From positions 1 through 59,911 of the IMG/VR virus record IMGVR_UViG_3300024344_000009: DNA of 59,911 bases; one strand, 5' to 3'. Below are positions 1 to 10,527 of the stretch, one piece after another; position 1 is the stretch's first letter, and each line of letters starts with the position of its first letter. The notes beneath the pieces were generated by a model. The model did no database searches, was not told the DNA's origin, and saw only the letters and a list, made by a program, of their open reading frames with translations. Origin of the DNA: a virus (Duplodnaviria; Caudoviricetes). A program made the translations under genes and the position numbers.

Positions 1-191
1 GCCGCCGTTTCAAGTTCTTTTTCTGCAATCTTTTCTGCTAATTTCGTTACTCGTCTCTTTATTTTTTTATCAACAAAATTTTGTCGTTGTTGTACGCTAA
101 CTGGCGTAGGCTGTTGCCTTAACTTATTTTTTATTTCCATTAAGTCAAAATCTACGACCTCGCCACGCATACTCTTAGTTTTTCTGCTCAA
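1..191 (-). CDS. hypothetical protein, runs off window start (MSRKTKSMRGEVVDFDL...)
   Basis: Open frame from TTG at 191 with AGGAGA SD; TATAAATA at 220-227 upstream. Confidence 0.7.
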   Translation of the reverse strand, partial: MSRKTKSMRGEVVDFDLMEIKNKLRQQPTPVSVQQRQNFVDKKIKRRVTKLAEKIAEKELETA

Positions 192-227
192 TGTATTCTC
201 CTAGTATGTGTTATAGTTATATTTATA

Positions 228-629
228 CTATACTAGTTGGCTTTCATAATTACCATTAGATGAATCTATATTCTGTGGCTTAGTTGCTGGTAATGCACTA
301 GGATTATTACCAGTTACATTACTCGTTTGCATTGCTGATGGTAAACGATTTATAGGTTTTTGTTCATCAAATGTACTAACCGTCCTCGTAGGTACAGGTG
401 TCCCAGGCATTGGACCTTCAAATGCAACCGGCGTTCCAGATATTGAACCCGGCGATTGTTGAATAATAACTTCTTCTACATCAGCTACAACACATGATAA
501 CTTTGCACGTATAGTTTTCCATTGCTCCGAATCTGGATGCCAATCGTCTGATTGCATATCTTCAACGCCACCTAACCAAGCAAGGAATTCAGTATATGTT
601 ATTTTCTTGTTTCTTTTTTTTATTGCCAT
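228..629 (-). CDS. hypothetical protein
   Basis: 133-aa ORF with AAGGA SD, co-oriented with neighbours. Confidence 0.7.
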   Translation of the reverse strand: MAIKKRNKKITYTEFLAWLGGVEDMQSDDWHPDSEQWKTIRAKLSCVVADVEEVIIQQSPGSISGTPVAFEGPMPGTPVPTRTVSTFDEQKPINRLPSAMQTSNVTGNNPSALPATKPQNIDSSNGNYESQLV

Positions 630-683
630 ACTTATCCTTATTTTAAATATTTATTAATCAATATTTTAACTGTGCCAATCATG

Positions 684-1172
684 TTAAAATATTATATCCC
701 CTACTACCATATTCTTTAAATACTTATTATACAAATCATAAGGTGTTATATTAATCCACATGTTTTCTGTTATTGGATGACATAATAGTTGAGTTTTTTT
801 CATTAACGGCGAAACATTCTTTTTATTGATGTCATAATCTATAACTTTAATTGGTGCAGGAATTGCTGTTTTTGAAGTATTACCAAAAACAAATCCTGTG
901 AAATCTCTACCAGCTACATCGCCAATATTTACAGAATCTAAATATGTAGTTTCTGGATCATATACTAAAATATACCAATTCGCAGGAACGTCAAATTTAA
1001 AACCCAAAATATCTAAAGTTAAGGTTGGACAATATACTTCTTCTAATGCATTTAACGATGTTAATGTATAATCATTCATGGTTAAATCCAACACATAAAA
1101 ATATTCAGTTAATATTGGACTTTGTATATCATCCAATATTACAGTTCCCATATCTTCATCAAAAATTAACAT
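684..1172 (-). CDS. hypothetical protein downstream of uvsW
   Basis: 162-aa ORF directly after helicase; function not recognisable. Confidence 0.7.
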   Translation of the reverse strand: MLIFDEDMGTVILDDIQSPILTEYFYVLDLTMNDYTLTSLNALEEVYCPTLTLDILGFKFDVPANWYILVYDPETTYLDSVNIGDVAGRDFTGFVFGNTSKTAIPAPIKVIDYDINKKNVSPLMKKTQLLCHPITENMWINITPYDLYNKYLKNMVVGDIIF

Positions 1173-1173
1173 A

Positions 1174-2664
1174 TTATTTCGTCTCTACTAGTTTTTTCTT
1201 ATTTGGATATTTTGCTTCATCATAATAAGCTTTACGCTTTCTTAAATGACGTTTTGAATGTTTTAAATCAGAACATATATCAGTAATATGTACTGTATTT
1301 TTATCAATAGCCTTTCTCAATGCACGTCCTATAGTCTGTATAACACGAATAAATGATTTTCCTATATCAATATAAACCATATGAAAAATTCGTTTTATAT
1401 TTAATCCAACCCCTGCAATATGAACTGTAGCAATAACAATTACATTATCATTATCTTTAAATAAATTATAAACGTTTTTTCTGTCAGCTTTCTTATCATC
1501 ACCACATACAAAAATAGCTTCTGGTATAAGCTTTGCTAACATACGACCAACCGGTTTACTACTAACTAAACAAAATACATTACCTTTATCACGCTCTGAT
1601 AACAATTTAATATATTCTGCTATCCATTCATTTCGTTCTTTATTACCAAGAAGATAATCTTTTTCAGACATATAATCTGGAAAATATTCATTCTTAAATT
1701 TACTATATTTTACCGATTTATCACTCGTTTCTTCAACATATTCATCATACTGCGATTTAAAATCTTCCTTTAATTGTAATATATCAATATGTGGTTTAGC
1801 CAAAAAACCTTCTTTAATTAATACATCAGCAGGTATTTCATATTTTACATCACCTAACGAAGAAAAAATAGATATTCTATCACAAGTTTCTTTTGGTAAT
1901 GTTGCTGTTACACCATACCTATGAATAATATTATTTCCATGCTTTAACAATAAATTATTCAATACTACACTAGATGCACCATGACACTCATCAACCAATA
2001 CCATCTGAAAATGTCGCATAATACCAGGATTATTCTGTAATGCTTGCCATGTTGATACTACATGTTCATGATCAATATCTTTAATATTACCACTATATTC
2101 ACCAACATCCAGTCTGCAAATTTCATATTGTTCTTTAGTCTGATCTATTAAATCTGCATTAGGAACAATCGTTAGCGTTTTTAAACCACATTTAGCATGT
2201 ACATCACATAATACTGCACACATTATCGTCTTTCCGGCACCAGTTCCAGCTATTATCAAACCAGATCCATCTTCTAATACGGCACGTAATGCATCTAACT
2301 GATAGTATCGTAAAATATAAGGTTCTTCGGAATCAGGATCAACAACATCTGACGGGAAATAATTTTCAGTTATTGAAGGAGGTGTTATAGGAATGCCAGT
2401 TCTACGATCTATCAATCTAATTTCATACCCCATTTTCTTCAACTCAGGCAAAATTTTTGGTAATAAATAAACTAAAGTTTTGCCTGTTTGTTGGTAAAAT
2501 CTAATATACCCATCCCAAATCCTAAGTTTATACTTAGGATTGAAAAAATATCCCGGTGGTCTATGTCTAAACTTCTTTGTTAAAGTGTCTGTGTCGCTGG
2601 GATTAACCCCCAACACCACACAATTAGTTTCATCTACTATTTTTATTATTGCTTTTTTAAGCAT
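1174..2664 (-). CDS. uvsW: UvsW-like SF2 DNA helicase
   Basis: N-terminal WDGYIRF, Walker A TGAGKT, DECH, QTIGRALR; T4 UvsW size. Confidence 0.93.
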   Translation of the reverse strand: MLKKAIIKIVDETNCVVLGVNPSDTDTLTKKFRHRPPGYFFNPKYKLRIWDGYIRFYQQTGKTLVYLLPKILPELKKMGYEIRLIDRRTGIPITPPSITENYFPSDVVDPDSEEPYILRYYQLDALRAVLEDGSGLIIAGTGAGKTIMCAVLCDVHAKCGLKTLTIVPNADLIDQTKEQYEICRLDVGEYSGNIKDIDHEHVVSTWQALQNNPGIMRHFQMVLVDECHGASSVVLNNLLLKHGNNIIHRYGVTATLPKETCDRISIFSSLGDVKYEIPADVLIKEGFLAKPHIDILQLKEDFKSQYDEYVEETSDKSVKYSKFKNEYFPDYMSEKDYLLGNKERNEWIAEYIKLLSERDKGNVFCLVSSKPVGRMLAKLIPEAIFVCGDDKKADRKNVYNLFKDNDNVIVIATVHIAGVGLNIKRIFHMVYIDIGKSFIRVIQTIGRALRKAIDKNTVHITDICSDLKHSKRHLRKRKAYYDEAKYPNKKKLVETK

Positions 2665-3123
2665 TTATATTATATCGCCGTGAATACCAGCTATCCTAGC
2701 TTTAGTTATGTGACCTAACACAAATCCCCTAGAGGTAAATGCATTAACCACATCATTATATTTTTCGTAAACTTCTTTTACTTCCAAATACAAACCCATT
2801 GTTACATTATATTCATTATCATTATTAGCTAATATACCTATCATCCTATCAGATAAATCACGCATATTATTATCTTTCATTTTTTTGGCAAATCGAGCTT
2901 TCATTCGCTCTAGCTCATTTTTAAAATGTTCTAATAAAATCTTTAATTCAGAACACCTTTGATTATAATATACTTCGTGTGCAACTTGTTCTTTTGAACA
3001 TTGATCAAGTGTTTTGCCATCAAACTTTATAATTTCATTTACACCATCAAGTTCATTATCATACTTTTCTAATATATTAAGTAAATTACAATTATTCTTG
3101 CCTAAAAAGGCAATTTTACTCAC
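2665..3123 (-). CDS. uvsY: UvsY-like recombination mediator
   Basis: 152-aa helical protein adjacent to uvsW; C-terminal SRGFVLGHITKAR resembles UvsY. Confidence 0.72.
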   Translation of the reverse strand: MSKIAFLGKNNCNLLNILEKYDNELDGVNEIIKFDGKTLDQCSKEQVAHEVYYNQRCSELKILLEHFKNELERMKARFAKKMKDNNMRDLSDRMIGILANNDNEYNVTMGLYLEVKEVYEKYNDVVNAFTSRGFVLGHITKARIAGIHGDII

Positions 3124-3401
3124 CTACCCATGCTCCAATTTAAAAAAACTTCTAGTCCTTTCATCATATCTGGTTTACCATATCCGTATCTATAACTAAT
3201 TGTCCATATCTCAGGATGTTCCATGTCTTGTGCTTCTGCAAACCAATCGTTACCACCCGAACACAAACACCATTTATAACCACTATCCTTTTTTAATATA
3301 TCATCAGTCCTACCGATTATAACCTGTGCAAATCGTTTTACTATTTCATACTCGCCATTTTCAGGATACCATGATTTACGTACTGTTACTTTTATTTCCA
3401 C
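3120..3401 (-). CDS. hypothetical protein
   Basis: 93-aa ORF, GAGG SD, 4-bp overlap with next gene. Confidence 0.7.
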   Translation of the reverse strand: MEIKVTVRKSWYPENGEYEIVKRFAQVIIGRTDDILKKDSGYKWCLCSGGNDWFAEAQDMEHPEIWTISYRYGYGKPDMMKGLEVFLNWSMGR

Positions 3402-3420
3402 AACTCACCTCTTATAAGCT

Positions 3421-4131
3421 TTATGAATACTGTTCTATTGCCCATTCAAGTTCTAATAATCTACGACGTGGATCATCTGATGCTGTTACATGTCTACCTA
3501 CAACTATATAATCAGCATTATTTTGTAATGCATATTGTGGTGTTACTACCACATTTTGACAATTATTATCATCATCAGTTCCTCTAATACCAGGAACTAT
3601 AGTTTTCATATTAGAATATTCTTTTTTATATTCTTTTAGTTTTGTTCCATGTAATACAACACCATCACATCCCGTTTCTTGTGCAAGGTGTTCTAAACTA
3701 TTTTGTATTAAACAATCATCTACAGTCTCTTGAATATTCAAATTATATCTAAGATACACTTCATCCATACTAGTTAAAATAGTTACTGCTATAACTAAAG
3801 GTGATTTACCCATAGAATGTGCACCTTCGACTGCTGCATGTAACATATCACATAATCCCATACTATGAACAGTAATCATGTCAACACGCACACTAGCGGC
3901 CTGTTTGCAATAACGATATACTGTATCAGGCGTATCAAAAAACTTACAATCAAGCATTATTTCATACTTACGAAGTTTTAATGTATGTAAAATATTACCA
4001 CCACTAAATAATATATTAGTGCCTATTTTTACTGCATGTTTAGTGGGATCAAGAAATAAATCAACAAATCGAATTGCCGTATCATAGTTATCAAAATCTA
4101 ATGCTATTATTATCTTATTATTCACAACCAC
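3421..4131 (-). CDS. pyrF: orotidine-5'-phosphate decarboxylase (start may be GTG 4125)
   Basis: IIALD, VKIG, catalytic DxKxxD (DCKFFD), ITVH, VTILTS, VPGIR, ADYIVVGR. Confidence 0.93.
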   Translation of the reverse strand: MVVNNKIIIALDFDNYDTAIRFVDLFLDPTKHAVKIGTNILFSGGNILHTLKLRKYEIMLDCKFFDTPDTVYRYCKQAASVRVDMITVHSMGLCDMLHAAVEGAHSMGKSPLVIAVTILTSMDEVYLRYNLNIQETVDDCLIQNSLEHLAQETGCDGVVLHGTKLKEYKKEYSNMKTIVPGIRGTDDDNNCQNVVVTPQYALQNNADYIVVGRHVTASDDPRRRLLELEWAIEQYS

Positions 4132-5225
4132 CCTTCTGTTCCGGAGATTTTTGGCATAAAATCTGCTATATCATCAATTCTTGTATTCCATACCATATCT
4201 TGCAAATCCATTAATATGTTAGCTGCTAATTTAAAATCAGGAGCATGGCGTAAATTACTTGTTTTATACAACTTATTTCTAATTAAATCATCCATATGTT
4301 TAGCATAGTCTAATACTTCTTCATATGTCCACGCACCATCACGAATTTCTAATAATTCTTTTGCATCTGGACGTTTTACAATAACACCTTTACCTTCCAT
4401 AACTTCAACACCCATTCTCATAAGTCTTACACAGTGAGCAGCATGTTTTGAATCATATCCGTGATTCTCTTCCAATTCAGAACGAACTTTATTACGATTA
4501 TCTTTCCATGTCCAATAATTTTTCCATGTTTCTTGTGCAACTTTATATACTTGCTTATTAAACTTAACAATATACAATGGAAGTTCACCATAATGGTCTT
4601 CTTCATATAATGTATTCAATCTGTATTGACTATCAAATGGGTGGTATCCTTTTTCCTTTATTACACCATATACATCCCCTCCATATGGAATTAATCTATG
4701 ATCTTCATATAAACTTTCAAAATTTAGTTTAAATAATTTTTGTGGTGTAAAATTCTGTACCAAACTAACATAATCTGTTTGTTTTGGTGCAAGTTTATTT
4801 TGAGGATTATTTATCCACTTATTATGGCCTTTTATACGCTTGATTTGTGCTGTAGCGTACCCTGTGGTAGTAAAAGCAATTTTCTTGCTTAGGAACGATT
4901 CACGGGACGCACGAAGGGCATCATAAACCGGAGTCTTAGTAATAATATCAGATTCGTCTATCCATAATGTTTCAATTATATTAGGATTACATTCCAAACA
5001 TAATTTCATAAAGTGTGTTAATTCATAAAACTTTGTATCTTCTTCTTCGGCTACTTCAATTTCACGTACATTGAAAAATGGGGTACGAATATTAACAGGA
5101 TCAGCACAAAACAATCCTCTAATATCAATATCAGAAGTAGCAATATTTGTTCCGTAAGAATGACTCCCAGCATAATGCCGGACTATTAAGTTATCTTTTA
5201 ATAATGTTTTAGAATCTTTTATCAT
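4122..5225 (-). CDS. Pol-beta-superfamily nucleotidyltransferase (RlaP/NrdC.11-like)
   Basis: GSHSYG..SDIDIRG, NPNIIE, YDSKHAAHCVRL, LLEIRDG. Confidence 0.85.
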   Translation of the reverse strand: MIKDSKTLLKDNLIVRHYAGSHSYGTNIATSDIDIRGLFCADPVNIRTPFFNVREIEVAEEEDTKFYELTHFMKLCLECNPNIIETLWIDESDIITKTPVYDALRASRESFLSKKIAFTTTGYATAQIKRIKGHNKWINNPQNKLAPKQTDYVSLVQNFTPQKLFKLNFESLYEDHRLIPYGGDVYGVIKEKGYHPFDSQYRLNTLYEEDHYGELPLYIVKFNKQVYKVAQETWKNYWTWKDNRNKVRSELEENHGYDSKHAAHCVRLMRMGVEVMEGKGVIVKRPDAKELLEIRDGAWTYEEVLDYAKHMDDLIRNKLYKTSNLRHAPDFKLAANILMDLQDMVWNTRIDDIADFMPKISGTEGWL

Positions 5226-5231
5226 TCTCTA

Positions 5232-5260
5232 ATTATACTACAACTTAATCTTTTTTGCAA
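5232..5260 (-). promoter_or_regulatory. sigma70-type promoter, leaderless transcript
   Basis: TTGCAA-17-TATAAT; ATG 6 nt after the -10 box. Confidence 0.75.
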
Positions 5261-5300
5261 GGTTTTTCTATGTGCAGGTAAAGGTCATAAAACTTCCATA

Positions 5301-6386
5301 TTATTTGGTTACTTTGCTTTTTCGTTTCACTGTAGTTTTTTTTGTGGTTTCGCCTTGTTCACTAGATTCTTCTTCTTCTAATAATTTCGCAACATCAAGG
5401 AAACTTTCTGTTTTCTCTTCTGCTAACGGCAACAATATATCTACATATTTTGTTACATTCTTTGCCTGAAATTTTTCACCTGTTGTTGGCATCGTATACC
5501 ATGAACCAGCTTTCTTCAAAATACCCAAATCAACACATGAATCTACAAAACCAGAATATGCATTCATTCCTTTTTCATATGGTACTTCTATAGTAATTGT
5601 TTGGAATGGTTTTGTGAAACGTGTTTTATATCCTTCTGCTTTCATTCGTATGCCTGTTACTTCCGTACCTTCTTTTAACTTCAATTTTGTCAATAAAAGA
5701 ATTTGTGATAAAGAAAACTTAATAGCATCATTTATTTTCCATAATCCTTCACCATTATAAATATCTTGGTTTGCATAAACCTGTGAAGTAACTACTATAG
5801 ATATATTATACCGTTTAATGGCCTGAACGAATGTTCTAAGTGTTCCTTTTAACTGTTTTGCCCGTTGACCTTGATCACCCTTGGTTTCACCTTTTTTGAA
5901 GTTACTTTCTTCGGAATCAGTCATTAACATATCTAAAGAATCTATAAATATAACTACTTTCTGTGCATCTGCATCATCACCAAACTCTGTAGCATATCCT
6001 TTAATAAAGGGCGAAATTAACTTAGTTAAATCTGAAATTAGTGTTACTTCATAATAAAGATAATTTTTATTATTAACGTCAACACCAACTTTTGTAACAA
6101 ATTCTTCATCAAGTGCATTTTCCGAATCCATTACAACAATAATAGTATCCGGTTCAGTTTTTTGAATATTTGCTATTATATTTGCCGTAAGAAAACTTTT
6201 ACCGGCACCTGATGGGCCAGCCAATGCAGTTACGCGTCCTTGTGATATTCCTTTATAGAAACTACCAGAAATAATTCGATTTAATGTGTAATTGCCTGTT
6301 CCAAACCAATAACGCGGGGGCAATCCCTTTCCCGCTTCGAATCCTACCTTTTCAACATCTTTTTTTATATTTGTGAGAAAACTCAT
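5301..6386 (-). CDS. uvsX: UvsX/RecA-like recombinase
   Basis: LNRIISG, GPSGAGKS, DSENALD, IFIDSL, DQGQRAK, KTRF. Confidence 0.93.
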   Translation of the reverse strand: MSFLTNIKKDVEKVGFEAGKGLPPRYWFGTGNYTLNRIISGSFYKGISQGRVTALAGPSGAGKSFLTANIIANIQKTEPDTIIVVMDSENALDEEFVTKVGVDVNNKNYLYYEVTLISDLTKLISPFIKGYATEFGDDADAQKVVIFIDSLDMLMTDSEESNFKKGETKGDQGQRAKQLKGTLRTFVQAIKRYNISIVVTSQVYANQDIYNGEGLWKINDAIKFSLSQILLLTKLKLKEGTEVTGIRMKAEGYKTRFTKPFQTITIEVPYEKGMNAYSGFVDSCVDLGILKKAGSWYTMPTTGEKFQAKNVTKYVDILLPLAEEKTESFLDVAKLLEEEESSEQGETTKKTTVKRKSKVTK

Positions 6387-6403
6387 AACTCATCCTAATA
6401 ACA

Positions 6404-6433
6404 GTGATAGGGGCAAACTTTGGCCCCTATCAC
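6404..6433 (-). terminator. hairpin between ssb and uvsX (partial terminator or 3' stabiliser)
   Basis: GTGATAGGGGC...GCCCCTATCAC 11-bp stem, weak U tail. Confidence 0.65.
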
Positions 6434-6447
6434 GGAGTTATGCCTGA

Positions 6448-7341
6448 TTAGGCTTCTTTTTTAGCTCTGCGATTGCGGATTGTAGCCAACACATTATCAA
6501 CTTCTGTGTCTTCTTCATCTTCATCTTCTTTTACATCTTCATCAACTTCTACTGTAGACTTCGATTTCGATTTCGATTTACTAACAACAATAACATCATC
6601 ATCGTCTGCTTCTTCGTCGTCTGCTTCTTCGTCGTCAAGAACAACTTCACCCAACGCGGATGCAAGAAGACCTTGTGTAACTTCCAAACCTGGATTATTA
6701 GGAATAAAACTTGAAAGTGAAACCAAGTTTTCTTCAATATACGCTTGAATTTCTTCATCTAAATCAGTAGCTTTACGTGCGAACATCGAAGAAGTATAAT
6801 TTGGATATTCACCAACCATTGTTTTATTGATTAAAAAGTCACAACCACCTTCAAAAAGATATGGCAACTCTTCCAAACCACCTTTTTCAATGCCAGTTTT
6901 TAACGCATTGTAAATCTGTGTACGTAATACAATAGGCATTACTTTACCTTCAAAATTTTCGCCTGTTTCAGAATCCTTTTCTAATGGATCCTTTATTACC
7001 AATACTTGCCCTACAAATTCACGCTTTTTCCAATATTTAGGACCATTTATAGAATCCTCGCCTTCATCTTTATAAAACTTACGTGAAGCTTCGCAAATTG
7101 GGCATTCCATATCATACATAGATAAACATGGTGTTGATTTAAACTGCCCATTTATTGTAAGATTATGTGTTACGCGTTGAACCAAAAAACCACGCGGATT
7201 ATCTGCATCTACATCAGGAAGAAACCGAACTCTTGCTTGCTGTTCTTCGGTTATTGTATGAAATGGATAATACTTAGATGACCCTACTGATTGTGTGTTT
7301 TTACTAAGAGCTTTTTGCAACTCTGCAATTGACTGTAACAT
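6448..7341 (-). CDS. ssb: T4 gp32-like ssDNA-binding protein
   Basis: VRFLP, H..CxxxxxxxCPIC Zn site, GCDFLINK..YPNY, acidic tail; start moved to 7341 by AAGGAGA SD. Confidence 0.9.
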   Translation of the reverse strand: MLQSIAELQKALSKNTQSVGSSKYYPFHTITEEQQARVRFLPDVDADNPRGFLVQRVTHNLTINGQFKSTPCLSMYDMECPICEASRKFYKDEGEDSINGPKYWKKREFVGQVLVIKDPLEKDSETGENFEGKVMPIVLRTQIYNALKTGIEKGGLEELPYLFEGGCDFLINKTMVGEYPNYTSSMFARKATDLDEEIQAYIEENLVSLSSFIPNNPGLEVTQGLLASALGEVVLDDEEADDEEADDDDVIVVSKSKSKSKSTVEVDEDVKEDEDEEDTEVDNVLATIRNRRAKKEA

Positions 7342-7476
7342 TGACTGTCTCCTTAACTTTATTATTATTTTATTGAGTGGTATCATAAATGATCCTAACG
7401 ACGCTCAATCGCCTCCGATTAGACTTTTTCGCTGTGTAACCACAGCACAGGCAGTCAAACCTATTTCTTTTTAGAC
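7342..7476 (-). promoter_or_regulatory. structured 5' leader of ssb
   Basis: Hairpins GCTGTG/CACAGC and AATCG/CGATT, then an A-rich tract before the SD. Confidence 0.5.
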
Positions 7477-7481
7477 TATAT

Positions 7482-7510
7482 ATTGTACTACAAGTTCCCT
7501 ACTTTGTCAA
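7482..7510 (-). promoter_or_regulatory. sigma70-type promoter of ssb-uvsX
   Basis: TTGACA-17-TACAAT. Confidence 0.8.
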
Positions 7511-7519
7511 CTTTTATTT

Positions 7520-10438
7520 TTATCCTGTTTCACAAACATGTGTTATAGAACCCAACAAAGAAAATGAAATATCTGACAATGCAGGATCAACTGTTATGGC
7601 TACTAAATTTAATTCATTATTTTCCTGAAATACTGTTGACGAAAATGCAGAATACGTTCCTAATGTTGAAGCGGCATTAAATGTAATAGTAGAAATTACT
7701 GTTGTGTCTTTTCTAACTTCAAATGTAGAAATGCCTACACCAGCTACATTTGCATCTGCTTGATTTTGTCCGCCGCCAACGCCGAAAATAGGAATAATAG
7801 CATCAGTAGGATACAACGTCCATTTTCTAGGACTTTTAAATTTAAATACAAGTTCACTATTACTTGGTGTTCCTTTAGCAAAAATAGCGAAATCATATGG
7901 TATCATCGTTGGCGTGGTTGCAACAACCCATTCACTTGGGCCAAACATCTTATCACTCCAAACTAACATATCACCACAATTTACACCATCTGGTATTGTA
8001 CTGCCGCCAGCAGGTAATGATACAAAACTTAAAATTCCCGAAGCATCAGTCGTTATTACTTGACCTGCAACCGTACTTGGTATATCATCTGGTAATGTCC
8101 ATACAACATCAGTAGTTACCGCATCTGGCGATTTTAACCCAATAGAATTAACACCATTTACATTTGCTTCAAAAAAATGTAATTCTGGTGCTACAGTACC
8201 AGTAATATTACTATTTTGTATAGTAACAATACCTTCGCCACCTGTAGAATCTCCAACAATCAAATTAATGGAACCACCAACACCATTCGCACTATCACCA
8301 CCAATTATATTGATAGATCCACCATCAGCAGTGCCAGTAATTCCTGAATTATCAGAAGCTAAGATATCTATATCATTTACAGTAGAAGCAGTTATACCCG
8401 ATGACCCTTGTGAAATAACTATCGCTCTTGATGGATTGGTTCCTATTTCATCTAAAGTGATTATATCAAACTGGTTTAAATCTAAATCACCACCTAATTG
8501 TGGCGTCAAATCTTCAACAACATTTAACAAACCACTAGCCGAAGAAATAGGTGTCCATATAATATCATTAACACCAATAACAAATCCATCAGCAGTAATA
8601 GCAAAATATCCTAATCCTTGATGTACAACACCTTGTTCCACAAACACAAATGAACCAACAATTTCAATACTCTGATCACAATCTGGACATCTAGTAATTA
8701 TCCATTGACTAGTACCATCACCTAATTGTGTTACATCATATACACCATTTTCTAAAGCAGAAACTTGATTTTGTACTAATAATCTATCACCAATACCTAA
8801 TGTAAACCCATCTTGTGCTGGCAATGCACCATTCACATTACCTATTAAAGTAGCACCAACACCAGATAAACCATTATTATATGCGGATGCTGGTAACGTA
8901 CCAGTAGTAGATGCCTTTACAGATTCACGAACATGTATACCCGATGCTATTTGATCAACATAAAATTTTGATGTAGCTGAACCCGGTGTAGTGGGAATAT
9001 TTGGTAAGCCAAGTACTTCGCCCGTGGCGGAAAACGTAAGATTAGCACCAGCATCCATAGAATCACCAGCCTTTAATACCCAAGAACCATTAGACACACC
9101 AGAATCAATTAAGTTCCCAACACCATTAATTTCTACAAAATTTCCTATTGTACCTGTAACTTTGTCTACTTTAGAACCTGTTGTGGTAAATGAAGCATCA
9201 AGTATTGAACTCGAATAATATCTACTATCCAATTGTCCTGCATCTAATGATGTTTGTGTGTAATAAAGTGTATCATGATTATGTGGGAAATCTAATATTT
9301 CAGCTTTTACATGTGTATGGGCTGTTGGATCATGTTGGAATGAAGATAACAATCTTGGATCATTGTCTTCTACTGCAATAGGTAATAATGCATCTGTTGC
9401 TGGAACACTAATAAGTACCGTACCTATCGAAGAAACTGTAGCAGGATCAACTGTCATGCCCATAGCAGGTGCATCTAATGTTAATCTTGCTGGACGTAAT
9501 AGAATTGTTGTCTTATCAATAGCTAAAGCAACTGGAACCTGTTCAGGCAATGGTGTATAACCACCGGCCACTGTTACTAACTGACCTGTTCCATCAGTAA
9601 AAATTTGCTGATTTACGAAATCCCAATCCCATGCAATATTATTTACTACACCATCAACAGTAACTTTTACTAATTCGCCGCCAACTATTTCACTTTCTAT
9701 TAATCCAAATACTGAAGTTCTATGTGTTACCGGGTTTAGTGGAGAAATCACATTAAAATCTGTAAATGAAACTGCTGTATATGCGGCCATTGGTATTGAT
9801 GCCAACCCATCTACAACAAATGATTCAATACGAACACGCGAAGAACTTGGTAACCCAGTAGTAAATAAATCTTCAGAAGTAAAAAATCTACGTTTATTTC
9901 TTTTTAATGGATTGCCATCAGGATCAAATATTAAAGAACCTATTTGAAAATTACCTACTATTCCTACTTGTGTTCCTATAAAAGCAGGAGAATTTATACT
10001 CATGCTTATAAAATTAGTTGCCGATTCATATTTTGTCGCAAAAACTCTAAGTACTTCCACCCATGAGGAACCATTCCAATATTGCATGATTCTAGTAGTA
10101 GTATTATACCAATGTAAATCTATAGGTGGGTTAATTGGTGCTACAGATGCCGTAACCGGTTCAAATAAAGTGTTACCAAAAGTTCTTATACCCGTCGAAA
10201 GATTTATATCCCAATAAAGATAATAATCCGTACCTGATACAAAAGGTCCTATCCATGCATTAGCAACAGTAATAGATTCTGTAAACAAATAATGTGTATC
10301 ACGATGTGCAAACGCCAATATAGTAGGATCTGGTGATATACTTAAAGTTACATTTCCACCAGTTTGCAACAAGAATTGTTGCGTTCCTAATAAATCAGTT
10401 TGATGTGAAACTATTCCTTGACTAAATGTTACTAACAT
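7520..10438 (-). CDS. large virion fibre/structural protein
   Basis: 972 aa, G/T/S/V-rich; fibre motifs ATSKFYVD, GDRLLVQNQ..ENGVY, DLTPQLGGDLD. Confidence 0.75.
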   Translation of the reverse strand: MLVTFSQGIVSHQTDLLGTQQFLLQTGGNVTLSISPDPTILAFAHRDTHYLFTESITVANAWIGPFVSGTDYYLYWDINLSTGIRTFGNTLFEPVTASVAPINPPIDLHWYNTTTRIMQYWNGSSWVEVLRVFATKYESATNFISMSINSPAFIGTQVGIVGNFQIGSLIFDPDGNPLKRNKRRFFTSEDLFTTGLPSSSRVRIESFVVDGLASIPMAAYTAVSFTDFNVISPLNPVTHRTSVFGLIESEIVGGELVKVTVDGVVNNIAWDWDFVNQQIFTDGTGQLVTVAGGYTPLPEQVPVALAIDKTTILLRPARLTLDAPAMGMTVDPATVSSIGTVLISVPATDALLPIAVEDNDPRLLSSFQHDPTAHTHVKAEILDFPHNHDTLYYTQTSLDAGQLDSRYYSSSILDASFTTTGSKVDKVTGTIGNFVEINGVGNLIDSGVSNGSWVLKAGDSMDAGANLTFSATGEVLGLPNIPTTPGSATSKFYVDQIASGIHVRESVKASTTGTLPASAYNNGLSGVGATLIGNVNGALPAQDGFTLGIGDRLLVQNQVSALENGVYDVTQLGDGTSQWIITRCPDCDQSIEIVGSFVFVEQGVVHQGLGYFAITADGFVIGVNDIIWTPISSASGLLNVVEDLTPQLGGDLDLNQFDIITLDEIGTNPSRAIVISQGSSGITASTVNDIDILASDNSGITGTADGGSINIIGGDSANGVGGSINLIVGDSTGGEGIVTIQNSNITGTVAPELHFFEANVNGVNSIGLKSPDAVTTDVVWTLPDDIPSTVAGQVITTDASGILSFVSLPAGGSTIPDGVNCGDMLVWSDKMFGPSEWVVATTPTMIPYDFAIFAKGTPSNSELVFKFKSPRKWTLYPTDAIIPIFGVGGGQNQADANVAGVGISTFEVRKDTTVISTITFNAASTLGTYSAFSSTVFQENNELNLVAITVDPALSDISFSLLGSITHVCETG

Positions 10439-10501
10439 ATCTATTCTCCATTACAATAAAATTTGTTATGTGTATTTATTATAATGGTGTAAAATAATCA
10501 A

Positions 10502-10520
10502 TATTTATAATTAATAAATA
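10502..10520. promoter_or_regulatory. divergent T4-type late promoters
   Basis: TATAAATA on minus (10502-10509), AATAAATA on plus (10513-10520). Confidence 0.55.
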
Positions 10521-10527
10521 TTACGTA

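Noticed and set aside
684-1172. Possible degenerate Hint-like fold
   Set aside because: No splicing residues visible; needs a profile search
6555-6640. Short repeats TTCGAT x3 and an 18-bp duplication
   Set aside because: Low-complexity SK and DDEEA coding in the SSB acidic tail
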